A model generated the notes under the pieces. The model had not been told where the DNA came from. It did no database searches and saw only the letters and a list, made by a program, of their open reading frames with translations. From assembly GCA_963813535.1 (NCBI GenBank), contig CAWEZH010000002.1, positions 192,001-256,000 of the forward strand: a stretch of 64,000 nucleotides of DNA, written 5' to 3'. This DNA comes from an uncultured Chloroflexia bacterium (GTDB lineage: Bacteria; Chloroflexota; Limnocylindria; Limnocylindrales; CSP1-4). Shown piece by piece: positions 9,885 to 20,492 of this stretch (position 1 is its first letter; each line of letters begins with the position of its first letter). The translations under genes were made by a program, and so were the position numbers.

Positions 9885-10428
9885 CATCAAGTTCTCCACG
9901 AAGCCGAAGAAGGAGGCGCGAGAGGCGGCCACGAGCGCCGGACGAAGACATCCCGAGCGCGCGCCCGATCTCGTCGGAGCTGAGCTCGGCCACGTAGCGC
10001 AGGGCGATCAGGGCCCGGTCGGTCGGATCGAGGGAGGCGAGAACGCGTCGCAAGTCGGCGTTGGCGATCCCGTCGGCCAACGGGTCCGAGCGGAGATCTG
10101 GCACACCCTCCAGCTCGATATCACCGACGGAGATCTCGTGGATACTCGGCCGGCGCGACCGCATGGTTCGGCGGGCCTCATTCGCGGCGACGGCGACGAG
10201 CCAGCCACGGACATGGGTCGGGTCCTTGACCTCGCCCATCCGGCGCCACGCGATCGCCCACGCCGCCTGAGCCGAGTCCTCCGCCAGGGCGCGGTCCCGG
10301 CAGATGACGTACGCGACCCTCAGCAGATCGTGATGATGACGCGCCACGAGCTCGGTAAACGCCGCCTCGTCCCCCAAGACGGCCGCTCGCACGAGCTCGC
10401 GGGCCTGGATCTCCATCGCGCCCACCAT
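9877..10428 (-). CDS. ECF RNA polymerase sigma factor
   Basis: GDEAAFTELV, AEDSAQAAW, WLVAVAANEAR (region 2); LDPTDRALIALRY..LSSDEIGRALG (region 4). Confidence 0.9.
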   Translation of the reverse strand: MVGAMEIQARELVRAAVLGDEAAFTELVARHHHDLLRVAYVICRDRALAEDSAQAAWAIAWRRMGEVKDPTHVRGWLVAVAANEARRTMRSRRPSIHEISVGDIELEGVPDLRSDPLADGIANADLRRVLASLDPTDRALIALRYVAELSSDEIGRALGMSSSGARGRLSRLLLRLRGELDDG

Positions 10429-10651
10429 GTCATAGAGATACCGCCAGAAGCCGGATTGATTCAGGAAAGGCCGCGCTTCCCACCGGTGACTGGCCCTGAT
10501 ACGTTGCTCGATCTCGTGTCGGCAAGTGCGTCGATCGACCACATCCGGGAGACGACCCGCGTTGAGCGTCGCAGCCTGACGGCGCGCTGTGGTTGCCATT
10601 CCTCGTACTGCCACCGTCGCTCTAGTCGCCAGATCGCCGGAGGAGAGGATG

Positions 10652-11486
10652 ATGGGCGCGATGAACGCAAGCGCCCAGATCGGTCGCCGCGAACGTTTCC
10701 GCGCCCTGCACCGTCAAGGGCTGTTCGTCATGCCGAACGCGTGGGATATCGGGTCGGCGCGGTTGCTCGCCTCGATCGGTTTCGAGGCGATCGCGACCAC
10801 GAGTTCGGGTCACGCTGCGTCGCTCGGGCGAGCTGATCAGGAGGTCAGTCGTGACGAGCTCCTGAGCCACGTGGAGGCACTCGCCGCCGCCGTCGACGTG
10901 CCACTAAGCGTCGATGCGGAGCGCTGCTTCGCCGATGACCCGGCTGGCGTCGCCCAGACCGTCGAGCTGATCGCGGCCGCCGGGGCGGCCGGCTGTTCGA
11001 TCGAGGACTACGAACCCACCACACGATCGATCGATGACATCGGCGTCGCCACCGAACGCGTGGCGGCGGCCAGCGAGAGCGGCCAGGAAGCATGGGCTGG
11101 TCCTGACGGCTCGCGCCGAGAACCACCTCTACGGCATCGATGACCTCGCCGACACCATCGAACGGCTCCTCGCGTATCGCGCCGCGGGCGCCGACGTCGT
11201 GTACGCGCCCGGACTCGTCGCACCTGACCAGATCGAACGACTCGTCAACGCCGTCGATGCTCCGGTGAACGTCCTCGCCATGCGGGCTTGCCCGTCTGTT
11301 TCCGAGCTCGAGGCGCTCGGCGTTCGACGCGTCTCGACCGGTGGCGGCCTGGCGAGGGTGGCCTACGGAGCGCTGATCGCAGCGGGGCGGGAGCTACAGA
11401 CCCGGGGAACCTACACGTACCTTGATTCGGCCGTCACGACCAGCGATCTGGAGGCGGCATTGGCCGCTGCCCGCCCGCCTGGCTGA
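10652..11486 (+). CDS. Isocitrate lyase/PEP mutase family protein (frameshift near 11085)
   Basis: MPNAWDIGSARLL, ATTSSG, PLSVDAE, GCSIED, LTARAEN, AGADVVYAPG, LGVRRVSTG. Confidence 0.85.
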
Positions 11487-11505
11487 GCCTCCTCCAGCGA
11501 CTCCG

Positions 11506-13128
11506 TCAGAAGCATTCCCGCGCCGGCTTGCCCACCGGGTTCAGCACGGGTTGGTCGATCATCGTCGGCTCGACACAGACCGGTTCGGACGCGGGGCGCT
11601 CGGAAGCGCGCTCGCCGAGCGTGATGTACGCGAAGGCGGCCAGCCCGAGCCCGATCACTCCGGCGATCGCAGCCGCCACGTGCATGCCGTCGACGAAGGC
11701 CGTCCGGGCGACGATGAGGAGCGTATCCGCCGCCCCGGCTGGCAGGGTGCTGGCAACGCCGACCGCCCCACCGAGGGTGTCCCTGGCGGCGGTCGCCGCC
11801 TCCGGCGGAAGGTCCGTGAGAAGGATCGGCTCGAGACCGCCTCGATAGATTGCCAGGCCGACGCTGCCGAGGAGCGCGATCCCGAGTGCACCGCCGAGCT
11901 CGGCACCGGTCTCGCTGATCCCAGACGCGGCCCCGGCACGCTCGGGGGGCGCTGAACCGACGATGAGCTCGGTCGTCAGCCCGAACACCGGGGACAGACC
12001 GAGCGAGATCACGACCGAGGCCACGACCAAGGGCAGCAGTCCATTCGTCGTCCCGACCTGGGTCAGCAGGAAGAGGCCCAACGACCCGAAGGCCAGCCCA
12101 CCGCTGATGAGGTACGCCGGCTTGACGCGCTGGACGATCCGCGGGGCCGCTTGCGAGCCGACGATGAACGCGATCGCGGAGGGCAGCGAGAGCAAGCCCG
12201 CCTGGAACGGCGACAGGTCGGCCACGAGCTGCAGGTACTGGGCGATGAACAGGAAGTAGCCGACGACCATGAAGATCGCGAGGAAGTTGACGACGAGCGC
12301 CGCCTTGAACGTGGGCACGCGGAACAACGCCAGGTCGATCATCGGATCGGCGAGATGCCGCTGGCGGCGTACCCAGAGCACCCCGACGACGAGCCCGATG
12401 ACGATCGCGCCGATCGCGAGCGGTCCGGGTCCCTCCTGGGCGATCTGCTTGAGCCCGAAGATCACCGCGAGGACGGCGCCGATCGCCATGATGGCGCTCG
12501 CGAGATCCAGGCGGCCTGCCTCTGGGTCGCGGTACTCAGGTAGGAGGCGGGGCCCGAGGATGAGGAGCGCCACCATCACCGGGATCGCGAGGAGGAAGAC
12601 CGAGCCCCACCAGAAGAACTCGAGGGCGATCCCGCCAAGCACCGGGCCGATCGCGCTGCCTGCCGAGAAGGCCCCGATCCAGACACCGATCGCGATCGTT
12701 CGTTCTCGCGGGTCCAGGAACATGGCGAAGATCAGCGACAGCGTCGAGGGTGCGAGCGTCGCGCCGGCGATCCCGAGGGCCGCCCGGCTGACGATGAGCA
12801 TCTCCGGCGTCGTCGAGAAGGCACACAGCAGGGACGTGATGCCGAATGCGGCCGCGCCGATGAGCAGGAGCCGTCGGCGGCCGATCCGATCACCCAGGCT
12901 GCCCATCGTGATCAGGGCACCGGCCACGAAGAAGCCGTAGATGTCGATGATCCACAGCAGCTGGGCGCTCGACGGCTGCAGCGCGGCACTCATCTTGGGC
13001 ACGGCGAGATGGAGCACCGTCAGGTCCATCACGTACATGAGTGCCCCGAGTGCGAGCACGACCAGCCCGAGCCATTCGCGTCGGGTGGCCTTCGCGGGTG
13101 GTGGCGCTTCGGTCGTCGTCGCTGTCAC
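11506..13128 (-). CDS. MFS drug:H+ antiporter (14-TMS, SmvA/QacA-like)
   Basis: DLTVLHLAVP, WIIDIYGF, GSLGDRIGRRRLL motif A, many TM helices. Confidence 0.9.
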   Translation of the reverse strand: MTATTTEAPPPAKATRREWLGLVVLALGALMYVMDLTVLHLAVPKMSAALQPSSAQLLWIIDIYGFFVAGALITMGSLGDRIGRRRLLLIGAAAFGITSLLCAFSTTPEMLIVSRAALGIAGATLAPSTLSLIFAMFLDPRERTIAIGVWIGAFSAGSAIGPVLGGIALEFFWWGSVFLLAIPVMVALLILGPRLLPEYRDPEAGRLDLASAIMAIGAVLAVIFGLKQIAQEGPGPLAIGAIVIGLVVGVLWVRRQRHLADPMIDLALFRVPTFKAALVVNFLAIFMVVGYFLFIAQYLQLVADLSPFQAGLLSLPSAIAFIVGSQAAPRIVQRVKPAYLISGGLAFGSLGLFLLTQVGTTNGLLPLVVASVVISLGLSPVFGLTTELIVGSAPPERAGAASGISETGAELGGALGIALLGSVGLAIYRGGLEPILLTDLPPEAATAARDTLGGAVGVASTLPAGAADTLLIVARTAFVDGMHVAAAIAGVIGLGLAAFAYITLGERASERPASEPVCVEPTMIDQPVLNPVGKPARECF

Positions 13129-13149
13129 GTCGCTACCTCGAATCGGAAG

Positions 13150-13607
13150 TCAGGATCCCCTGGTGTAGGTCGCGTCCAGCCTCGCCTCGCTGAGGACGTG
13201 GCCCTCCATCGCCGCCCGGACCTCGTCGGCCTTCGGGGCACCCGGGAGCTCGAGCGGGCGTCCAGCGCGACCAGCGTGAACCGGTAGTGGTGGGTGCCCG
13301 ACGGCGGGCACGGGCCGCCCCAGCCGACGCGGCCGAAGTCGTTCGTGCCCTGCGCCGGCGCGTCGGGTGACGACGAGAACCCCTCCGGCAACCCGCCGCT
13401 TCCGGTCGCGTCCATGTCGAACACGACCCAGTGGACCCAACCGCGCGCGTCGGGATCGTCGACGATGAGCGCGAGCGTGACGGCTTTGTCGGTTGTGTCG
13501 GCCCAGTCGAGCGGCGGCGACACGTCGTCGCCGTCGCATGTGTACCTGCCCGGGATCTCGGCGCCTGCCGGAAAGGCCGGGCTGGTCAGCTCGAAGGTCA
13601 TCGTCAC
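13150..13607 (-). CDS. YbhB/YbcL family (PEBP) protein (frameshift near 13260)
   Basis: LTSPAF, YTCDGDDVSPPL, DDPDA, WVHWVV, GPCPPSGTHHYRF; C-terminus in another frame ends at 13150. Confidence 0.9.
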
Positions 13608-13683
13608 GCACCTCCTGGACTGACCTTACCCGCTGATGAGCCGCCCTGTTTCACTCGGCGGCCCCGGTCGCCATCATGGGGAG

Positions 13684-15697
13684 GTGGAGCCCGCCGACCG
13701 TTACCCGCTCCTCCTTTCGCCGTTCGAGATGCGCGGACGCCGACTGCGGAACCGCATCGTCTCGACGCCGCATGCGACCGGCTGGAGCCGCGACGGGTTG
13801 ATCGACCGCAGCGAGGTCGACTACCACGTCCGCAAAGCCGCCGGTGGCTGCGGGCTGGTGATGACGTTCGGGTCGGCGTCGGTCGACCCAGGCGACCGAG
13901 GCGTCGTACGGCTCGATCGCGCTGTGGGACGAGCGCAACGAGCCGGCGCTTCGGGCGCTCGCCGACGGCGTCCATGAGCACGGCGGCCTGGTGATGTCGC
14001 AGATGACCCACATGGGCCGACGCGGCACGTCGGTCATCTCGGGCATCCCGCTGCGTGCGCCGTCAGACCTGCCGGAGGGCGTCCACATGGAGGTGCCGGT
14101 GCCGCTCGCGACGGACGAGCTGCCGGCCATCGTCGAGCGATTCGCCGACGTGGCCCGCCGGCTGGAGCGCTGCGGGCTCGACGGCGTCGAGGTCACGTCG
14201 TACGGCGGGCACCTGCTCGAGCAGTTCTTCGACCCGCTGGTCAACACCCGCACCGACGCCTACGGCGGCTCGCTCGAGAACCGGACGCGGCTCGCGCGCG
14301 AGGTGCTGCTGGCCGTGCGGGCGGCCGTGTCCGAGTCGTTCATCGTCGGCTTCCGGATGACGCTCGACCAGTGCCTGACCGGCGGTCTTGGCCCCGGCGA
14401 GATGATCGAGATCGCGCGGAGCCTCGCGTCGACCGGGGCGGTCGATCTCTTCAGCGTCAGCGGCGGCACCGGCGCGACGCGCCTGTCGACCGGCTACTTC
14501 GTCCCCGGCGACATGCTGCCCGAGGGCGTCTTCAACGAGCGGGCGATCCGGTTCCGGCGCGAGGTCGGCGTCCCGACGCTGGTCGCGGGACGGAACGTCG
14601 AGCCGGACCTGGCCGAGGAGGCCCTGGCCGGCGGGGTCGACCTGGTGGCGATGACGCGCGCGCTGATCGCCGACCCGGACCTGCCGGTGAAGGTCGCCGA
14701 TGGGCGGCGCCACCGACCATGCATCGGGCTCAACGACGGGTGCATCGGGCGGCTGTACACGGGTATGCCGATGTACTGCTCGGTCAACCCGGCGGTCCGG
14801 CATCCCGGGCTAGGCGAAGGTCGAGCCGGCCGAGGAGCCGGTGCGCGTCGTGGTCGTCGGGGGAGGGGTGGCCGGCCTGGAGGCGGCGCGGGCTGCCGCG
14901 TTGCGCGGACACTCGGTCGTGGTGTTCGAGCGACGGTCCGGTGCTCGGCGGTCGGGCGCGGCTGGCGGGACTCCGATCCGGACGCGAGCGCTGGCATCGC
15001 TACATCGACTGGCTCCGCGAGGAGGCCGAGTCGGCTGGGGCGGAGATCCGTATGGGTGTCGATGCGGACGCGGACGCCGTCCTTGCGGAGAAGCCCGACG
15101 CGGTCATCGTCGCGACGGGGTCGATCCTTCGGCCCGAGGCGCGGATACCGGGTCCCGTGCCGGTGCTCGATGTCGATGAGCTGCTCGAGGGCGGGGTCGA
15201 GCGTCCTCCCAGACCCGGCCAAGGGCTCCGCGCTGATCCTCGACGACGACGGTCATCAGCTCGCGCCGACGGCTGCCGAGATGCTGGTCGAAACCGGCTT
15301 CGAGGTCGAGATCGCGACGACCTACCCGTCGGTCGGCGCCCTGATCGATGCCACCCAGTCGCCGCTCGTGCTGCAGAAGCTGGCCCGCGACGGTGTGCGG
15401 TTGACGCCGAACGTCGAGGGCGTGTCGAGCTCACCAGGCGGCGTCGTGACCCTCCGCCACCTCTACAGCGAGCAGGAAGAGCAGCGCGACGGCATCGCCA
15501 TCGTCGTGGTCACCGGTCGTCGACGGGGCCTCACGACGCTGCGCGACGAGCTCGCCGTGGCAGCCCCCGACCTCCCGGTCGTCGTGGTCGGCGATGCGCT
15601 TTCGCCGCGAACGCTCCTCGATGCGACCGCTGAGGGAGCGCGAGCAGGTGCGACTGTCGGCGGGCGCGCCCGAAGGGTTCGCCAGTCGATCGCCTGA
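13684..15697 (+). CDS. NADH:flavin oxidoreductase (OYE barrel + FAD/NAD domains; DgcA/FadH-like), several frameshifts
   Basis: LRNRIVSTPH, QMTHMGRR, NTRTDAYGGSLENR, RPCIGLNDGCIGR..CSVNP Fe-S motif, VVVVGGGVAGLEAA. Confidence 0.85.
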
Positions 15698-15717
15698 ATG
15701 CCCGCCCGACCGTTCGG

Positions 15718-16882
15718 TCAGGCGAGTGCGCCCCGGGCTTGGCGGTCGGGCGCGACACGGCGACCGTCGGAGAGTGAGCGCGGCTCGCCGTGGGCGATCC
15801 AGTCGGCCGCGAGGGCGCCCATGATCGGCGACATCTGGATGCCAGAGCCGCCACCGCCGACCGCGAGGACGACGGACGGATCGCCCGACGCCGGACCGAC
15901 GATCGGCAGCCCGTCCGGGCTCACTGGATAGAGGCCCGCCCACGCCCGCTCGACCTCGCCGAGCGGCAGGTCGGGCATCCGACGCTCGAGCGCGGCGCGC
16001 GTGTCGGCGAGGTAGTCGTCATCGGCCGCCTGGTCGTACGCATCGGGATCGACGCCCTCGCCGTCGATCTCCTCGCTGTGGAGGCCGGCGAGCACATGAT
16101 CGGCGTCGTCGTAGGTCGCGACGTACAACCCGCGCGTCCCGCTGTGCGGGATGTAGTCCATGACCATCGGCATCACCCGGTCGAGCGGCCGCGCCAGTCG
16201 CCAGATGCCGATCTGGTTGCGAAGCGGGATGACCGGACACGTCGACACCGAGAAGATCGCCGATACGTGCCGCCCAGGGGCCGGCGGCATCGACCACGAC
16301 GTCGGCCTCGACCTCGCCGTCGGTGGTCTCGAGCCGCCAGCCGCGGACGGTCCTCGCCGCGGCCAGCACGCGCACGCCCGTCCTGATCCGGGCGCCAGCT
16401 GCCTCAGCGAGCCCGGCGAGGATCCGGCAGTACGCCGGCCCGTCGATCCGCCCGTCGCGTGGCCCGAACAGCCCGCCGGCCACGCCCCGACCGCGCAGCC
16501 AGGGCACGAGGCCGCGCACACCGTCGGCGTCGAGCACCTGCGCGTCGTCGATGCCGAATGACCCTTGGATCCGCGCGCTCTCTTGGAACGCCGCGAGTGA
16601 CTCGTCGTCGGGCGCGAGCCGGAGATAGCCGATCTCCTTGATCTCGAGACCGTGGTCGCGTTGCAGCCGCCGGAACGTGTGCATGCTCCGCGCCCGCAGC
16701 TCGATGTCGAGCGGGTCGACGTACTGGCTCTCGATGAAGCCCGCCGACCGGCTCGACGACCCGGCGGCCACGTCCGGGCTGGCCTCCAGGACCGTGACGT
16801 CGGTGATGCCACGCTCGACGAGATGCCACGCGGTCGACAGGCCGACGGCGCCACCGCCGATGATCACCACGGAAACGGTCAC
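15718..16882 (-). CDS. FAD-dependent oxidoreductase (DAO/sarcosine oxidase beta family), frameshift near 16250
   Basis: VVIIGGGAVGLSTAWHL, GSSSRSAG, VVDAAGPWA, AWAGLYPVSPDGLPIVG, GIQMSP. Confidence 0.9.
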
Positions 16883-16939
16883 CGGGCCACCATACCGACT
16901 TCGCGGGACAAGTTCGCCGCTACTCGACGCCATTACCCT

Positions 16940-16963
16940 TGAACGCGGCCGAGTGGCTGCGTC
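16940..16963 (+). promoter_or_regulatory. Candidate ECF-type autoregulatory promoter
   Basis: TGAAC-N15-CGTC ending 7 nt before GTG 16971 of an ECF sigma gene. Confidence 0.4.
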
Positions 16964-16970
16964 ACCGAGG

Positions 16971-17543
16971 GTGACCGTGGACCAGCGGGACTACGTCGAA
17001 CGTGCGGGCCGAGGCGATCACGACGCCTTCGGCGTGCTCGTTGGCGCGTCCATCGCGCGGCTGGAGGCTGTCGCCCGCCTCATCCTCCGGGATCCGGAGC
17101 TCGCGCGAGATGCGGTCCAGGAGGCGTACATCCGAGCCTGGCGGGACCTCCCGGGATTGCGTGACCCCGAGCGGTTCGACGCCTGGCTCCATCGACTAGC
17201 GGTCAACGCCTGCCTCGACGCCGTGCGCCGTCGCAAACGCCGGCCTATCGAAGTCGAGCTGTCGCCGACCATGTCGCCATTCGCCGGGTCGGCCGGCGAC
17301 GAGGCCGGTCATATCGCCGACCGTGACCAGCTCGAGCGTGGCTTCCGCCGCCTCAGCGCTGATCAGCGGGCCGTGCTGGTCCTGCACTACTACCTCGGCA
17401 TGTCCGCGTCGGCGGTCGCCGAGACCCTCGACATCCCGATGGGCACGGCGCAATCGCGCCTACATCGAGCCCTGACAGAGCTCCGCGCCGCGATCGCGGC
17501 CGACGAGCGCCAGCCAGTGGAACCCAGGACGGTGGTCGCATGA
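16971..17543 (+). CDS. ECF RNA polymerase sigma factor
   Basis: GDHDAFGVLV, ARDAVQEAYIRAWRDL, FDAWLHRLAVNAC, LSADQRAVLVLHYY..GTAQSRLHRA. Confidence 0.92.
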   Translation: MTVDQRDYVERAGRGDHDAFGVLVGASIARLEAVARLILRDPELARDAVQEAYIRAWRDLPGLRDPERFDAWLHRLAVNACLDAVRRRKRRPIEVELSPTMSPFAGSAGDEAGHIADRDQLERGFRRLSADQRAVLVLHYYLGMSASAVAETLDIPMGTAQSRLHRALTELRAAIAADERQPVEPRTVVA

Positions 17544-18760
17544 ACCGGTTCGATCATCTCGAGCGGGACCTCGCGGCCTGGTTCGTCGACGTCTCGTCGC
17601 CGCGCGACCCCGATCTCACCGACGACATCCTCCGGCTGACCGCGGGCATGCGCCAGCGGCCGCGCTGGAGCTTCCCCGAAAGGTGGCTTCCCATGAGCGT
17701 CATCACGCTCGCTCGCCGGTCCATCCGGCCCGTCCCCTGGCGGACGGTCGCCTTGATCGCCCTCCTCGCGCTCCTTCTCGCCGCCGGTCTGGCGCTGTAC
17801 GCCGGTAGTCAGCCACGCCCTGCGCCGATGCTCGGTCTCGCCGCCAGCGGCCTCGTCGCCTACGAGACCGATGGCGACATCTTCACGGTGGATCCCGTCA
17901 GCGGCGCGCGGACGGCCGTGATCGTCGGTGCTGAGCAAGACCGCGGTCCGCGCTTCTCCCTCGACGGCACACGCCTGGTGTTCCTGCGCGCTGGCCCGAG
18001 TGGCGACATCCCGGTGGTGGCCGACGCCGACGGCCGACACGTGCTCGTCACGAACACGACCGGACTCACCGGTGCCGATCCTGATTCGATCATGTGGTCG
18101 CCAGACGGGCGGTCGGTGGCGATGCTCGCCGGCGCGGAAGGTGCCGTGAAGATCCATGTGATCGATGCCATCGATGGCGGCGTGCGGGAGCTGCCGATGG
18201 ACTACCTCGACGGCGAGATCTACTGGCGGCCACCGGACGGTCGTGCGTTCATGTTCGTGAGCGGATCGGATCTCGCGAACGAACTGTCGCTCTACTCGCT
18301 CGATACCGGCGCGATCGAGACGCTAGCGGTGCCTGACAGGCCGGGTGGCATCATCCGGCCATCGGGATGGACCGCCGACGGTCACAAGTTCGCGTACTTC
18401 GAGAGCGACGATCGCAGCGCGGGGACCCACGTGGTGGACGTCGTCAGTGGGGACTCGGCGATCTTCAACGTCGGCTACGGCGAGCTCTCGAACGACGGAA
18501 CCCGCCTGGTGGGTCTGAACGGGGACGCCACCCACACGTGGCTGTGCGTGGTGCCCGCGCGCGGAGGGTCATGCACGGCCATCACCGCTCCCTATAACGA
18601 TCCGTGGGGTTGGAACTACTGGTGGTCACCCGATGACCAGTCCATCCTCACGAAGCGGTCCGACGGCGCGATATTCGTCCTCGATCCAGCCGGGGGACAG
18701 CAGGTCCAGCCAGATTGGATCAAGGATGGCGGTGAGTCCTGGCAGCGCAGGGCACCCTGA
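17540..18760 (+). CDS. Putative anti-sigma factor with TM helix and TolB/PD40-like beta-propeller
   Basis: ATGA overlap with the sigma gene; RQRPRW, TM (VALIALLALLLAAGLAL), repeated FSLDG/WSPDG/WRPPDG motifs. Confidence 0.75.
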   Translation: MNRFDHLERDLAAWFVDVSSPRDPDLTDDILRLTAGMRQRPRWSFPERWLPMSVITLARRSIRPVPWRTVALIALLALLLAAGLALYAGSQPRPAPMLGLAASGLVAYETDGDIFTVDPVSGARTAVIVGAEQDRGPRFSLDGTRLVFLRAGPSGDIPVVADADGRHVLVTNTTGLTGADPDSIMWSPDGRSVAMLAGAEGAVKIHVIDAIDGGVRELPMDYLDGEIYWRPPDGRAFMFVSGSDLANELSLYSLDTGAIETLAVPDRPGGIIRPSGWTADGHKFAYFESDDRSAGTHVVDVVSGDSAIFNVGYGELSNDGTRLVGLNGDATHTWLCVVPARGGSCTAITAPYNDPWGWNYWWSPDDQSILTKRSDGAIFVLDPAGGQQVQPDWIKDGGESWQRRAP

Positions 18761-18769
18761 TCTCGTCTG

Positions 18770-18800
18770 GGCGGTCGACCGTTGCTCGCGGTCGACCGTC
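18770..18800 (+). terminator. GC hairpin after the sigma/anti-sigma operon
   Basis: ggcggtcgaccg-ttgctcg-cggtcgaccgtc; no U-tract. Confidence 0.35.
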
Positions 18801-18911
18801 CGCTTCGATCGCTCTACCCTCGGCAGCCGGCCGGCCTGATCGCTTCGACCGACCGGCCTACCATCTCCTGACGCTGATCATGCCCGAGGGATCAGCCAGG
18901 AGGTCGATCGG

Positions 18912-19496
18912 ATGGCAAAGATCGTCGCGTTCATCAGCGTCACGCTCGATGGGGTGATGCAGGCGCCCGGCCGGCCCGACGAGGACACGCGCGGTGGCTT
19001 CGAGCACGGCGGGTGGGCGACGAAATACGCCGACGAGGACTCCGGCAAGTTCGCCGCCGAGGGGATGGCGACGACCGGGGCGCTGCTTCTCGGGCGCCGG
19101 ACCTACGAGGACCTGCTGACGTCGTGGAACGAACAGGGCGGCCCGTTCAAGGACATGCTCAACAACACCCCGAAGTACGTCGCCTCGACGACCCTTGCCG
19201 AGCCACTGCCGTGGCCCAACTCGACGCTGCTCGAGGGTGATGCTGTCGAGGCTGTCGCTCGACTCCGAGATGAACCGGGCAAGGACATCGTCGTGCTCGG
19301 CAGTGGCGACCTACTGCGGAGCTTGATGCGCCGCCGACTCGTCGACCGGTTCGTGCTCCTGGTCCATCCCTTGGTGCTCGGGTCGGGGCAGCGGTTGTTC
19401 GATGACGGCGTGCCGGACGCCGATCTGCGCCTCGAGGACTCCAAGACGACGTCGACCGGCGTGATCGCCGCGACCTACACCACCGAACGCGGGTAG
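18912..19496 (+). CDS. Dihydrofolate reductase-like (RibD C-terminal) protein
   Basis: SVTLDGVMQAPG, LLLGRRTYE, PKYVASTTL, GSGDLL, HPLVLGSGQRLF; RBS AGGAGG. Confidence 0.9.
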   Translation: MAKIVAFISVTLDGVMQAPGRPDEDTRGGFEHGGWATKYADEDSGKFAAEGMATTGALLLGRRTYEDLLTSWNEQGGPFKDMLNNTPKYVASTTLAEPLPWPNSTLLEGDAVEAVARLRDEPGKDIVVLGSGDLLRSLMRRRLVDRFVLLVHPLVLGSGQRLFDDGVPDADLRLEDSKTTSTGVIAATYTTERG

Positions 19497-19571
19497 TGGG
19501 ACCGGTGATCGGCGGCTTGGCGCTGCGCGTAACCACGTGAGTGGCAGGGCTCCTCGGCCATCGGAAAAGGT

Positions 19572-20045
19572 CTAACCCGGTTCGCGCTCCGCTCGCGCCT
19601 TCAGGTCCGTCGCGTACCGCCCGAAGATCGGGCTGAAGTCCGGCAGCCGCCCGGCGATCATGGGGAGCATCGGGCCACTGAAGACCTCCGTCATCTCGAA
19701 ACGTGTGGAGCGGCCATCCTGCGCGGGTGTCAACGTGTAGGTCCTGACACCGACGAACAGCGGATTGCCCTCGCGCCACTCCATCATCCGGTTGGCTTCG
19801 AACCGCGTGACCTTCGGCGCGAACGTTCTCCCCGGTGCCTCGGGCACCTCCATCTTCACGGTCCCGCCGAGCTCGATCCGGCCCTCGATGCTCGTCAGGG
19901 TGGAGTTCCAATCCGTCATGCCGGGCGCATCGGTGAGGAGCGCCCAGACGCGCTCGACAGGTGCGTGGATGTCGGTCCCGACCGAGCACTCCATCCGGAA
20001 CGTCGATCTCGACGCATGAGCCTTGATCGAGCCCGATCCGGTCAT
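19572..20045 (-). CDS. SRPBCC/polyketide cyclase-like domain protein
   Basis: IHAPVERVWALLTD..WN, FEMTEVFSG, DLKARAE. Confidence 0.8.
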   Translation of the reverse strand: MTGSGSIKAHASRSTFRMECSVGTDIHAPVERVWALLTDAPGMTDWNSTLTSIEGRIELGGTVKMEVPEAPGRTFAPKVTRFEANRMMEWREGNPLFVGVRTYTLTPAQDGRSTRFEMTEVFSGPMLPMIAGRLPDFSPIFGRYATDLKARAEREPG

Positions 20046-20091
20046 CTCAGCAGGATACGCCGACCCCTTCGGGACCTTCGACGCCGAGCCT

Positions 20092-20379
20092 TTAGGCCCG
20101 GGACATCGGGATCCGATCGCGGTTCGTGTACGCGCCACCTGACCAGGAGAACACGTCGAACGCGATCCCGATGACGATCCAGACGTAGTCGAAGCCCGTG
20201 ATTCCGGCCGGGTACACGAGGACGAACATCAGGGTCGTCCACGGCGCGACAAGGAAGCCGGCGAGCGCCCAGAGGAACGAATCGAACGCCGCGTTCCAGC
20301 GCACTGGCTCGAGGACGTACCAGATCAGGATGGCGGCCCGCGGGCCGAACGCGAACAGGGCAGCGATCATGCAGCACAT
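20092..20379 (-). CDS. Small integral membrane protein
   Basis: MCCMIAALFAFGPR...APWTTLMF; three hydrophobic segments; RBS AGGAG. Confidence 0.7.
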   Translation of the reverse strand: MCCMIAALFAFGPRAAILIWYVLEPVRWNAAFDSFLWALAGFLVAPWTTLMFVLVYPAGITGFDYVWIVIGIAFDVFSWSGGAYTNRDRIPMSRA

Positions 20380-20492
20380 GTGGTTCAAGGCTCCTACTCT
20401 CTCCGCCCCCTGGCGTCGATGCGGGTCAGCCACGAGTGTGCCCGTTCCTCGCCGGCGAAACACGGTCGGCGCGCGGTGCGGTCGAGGCTGAC

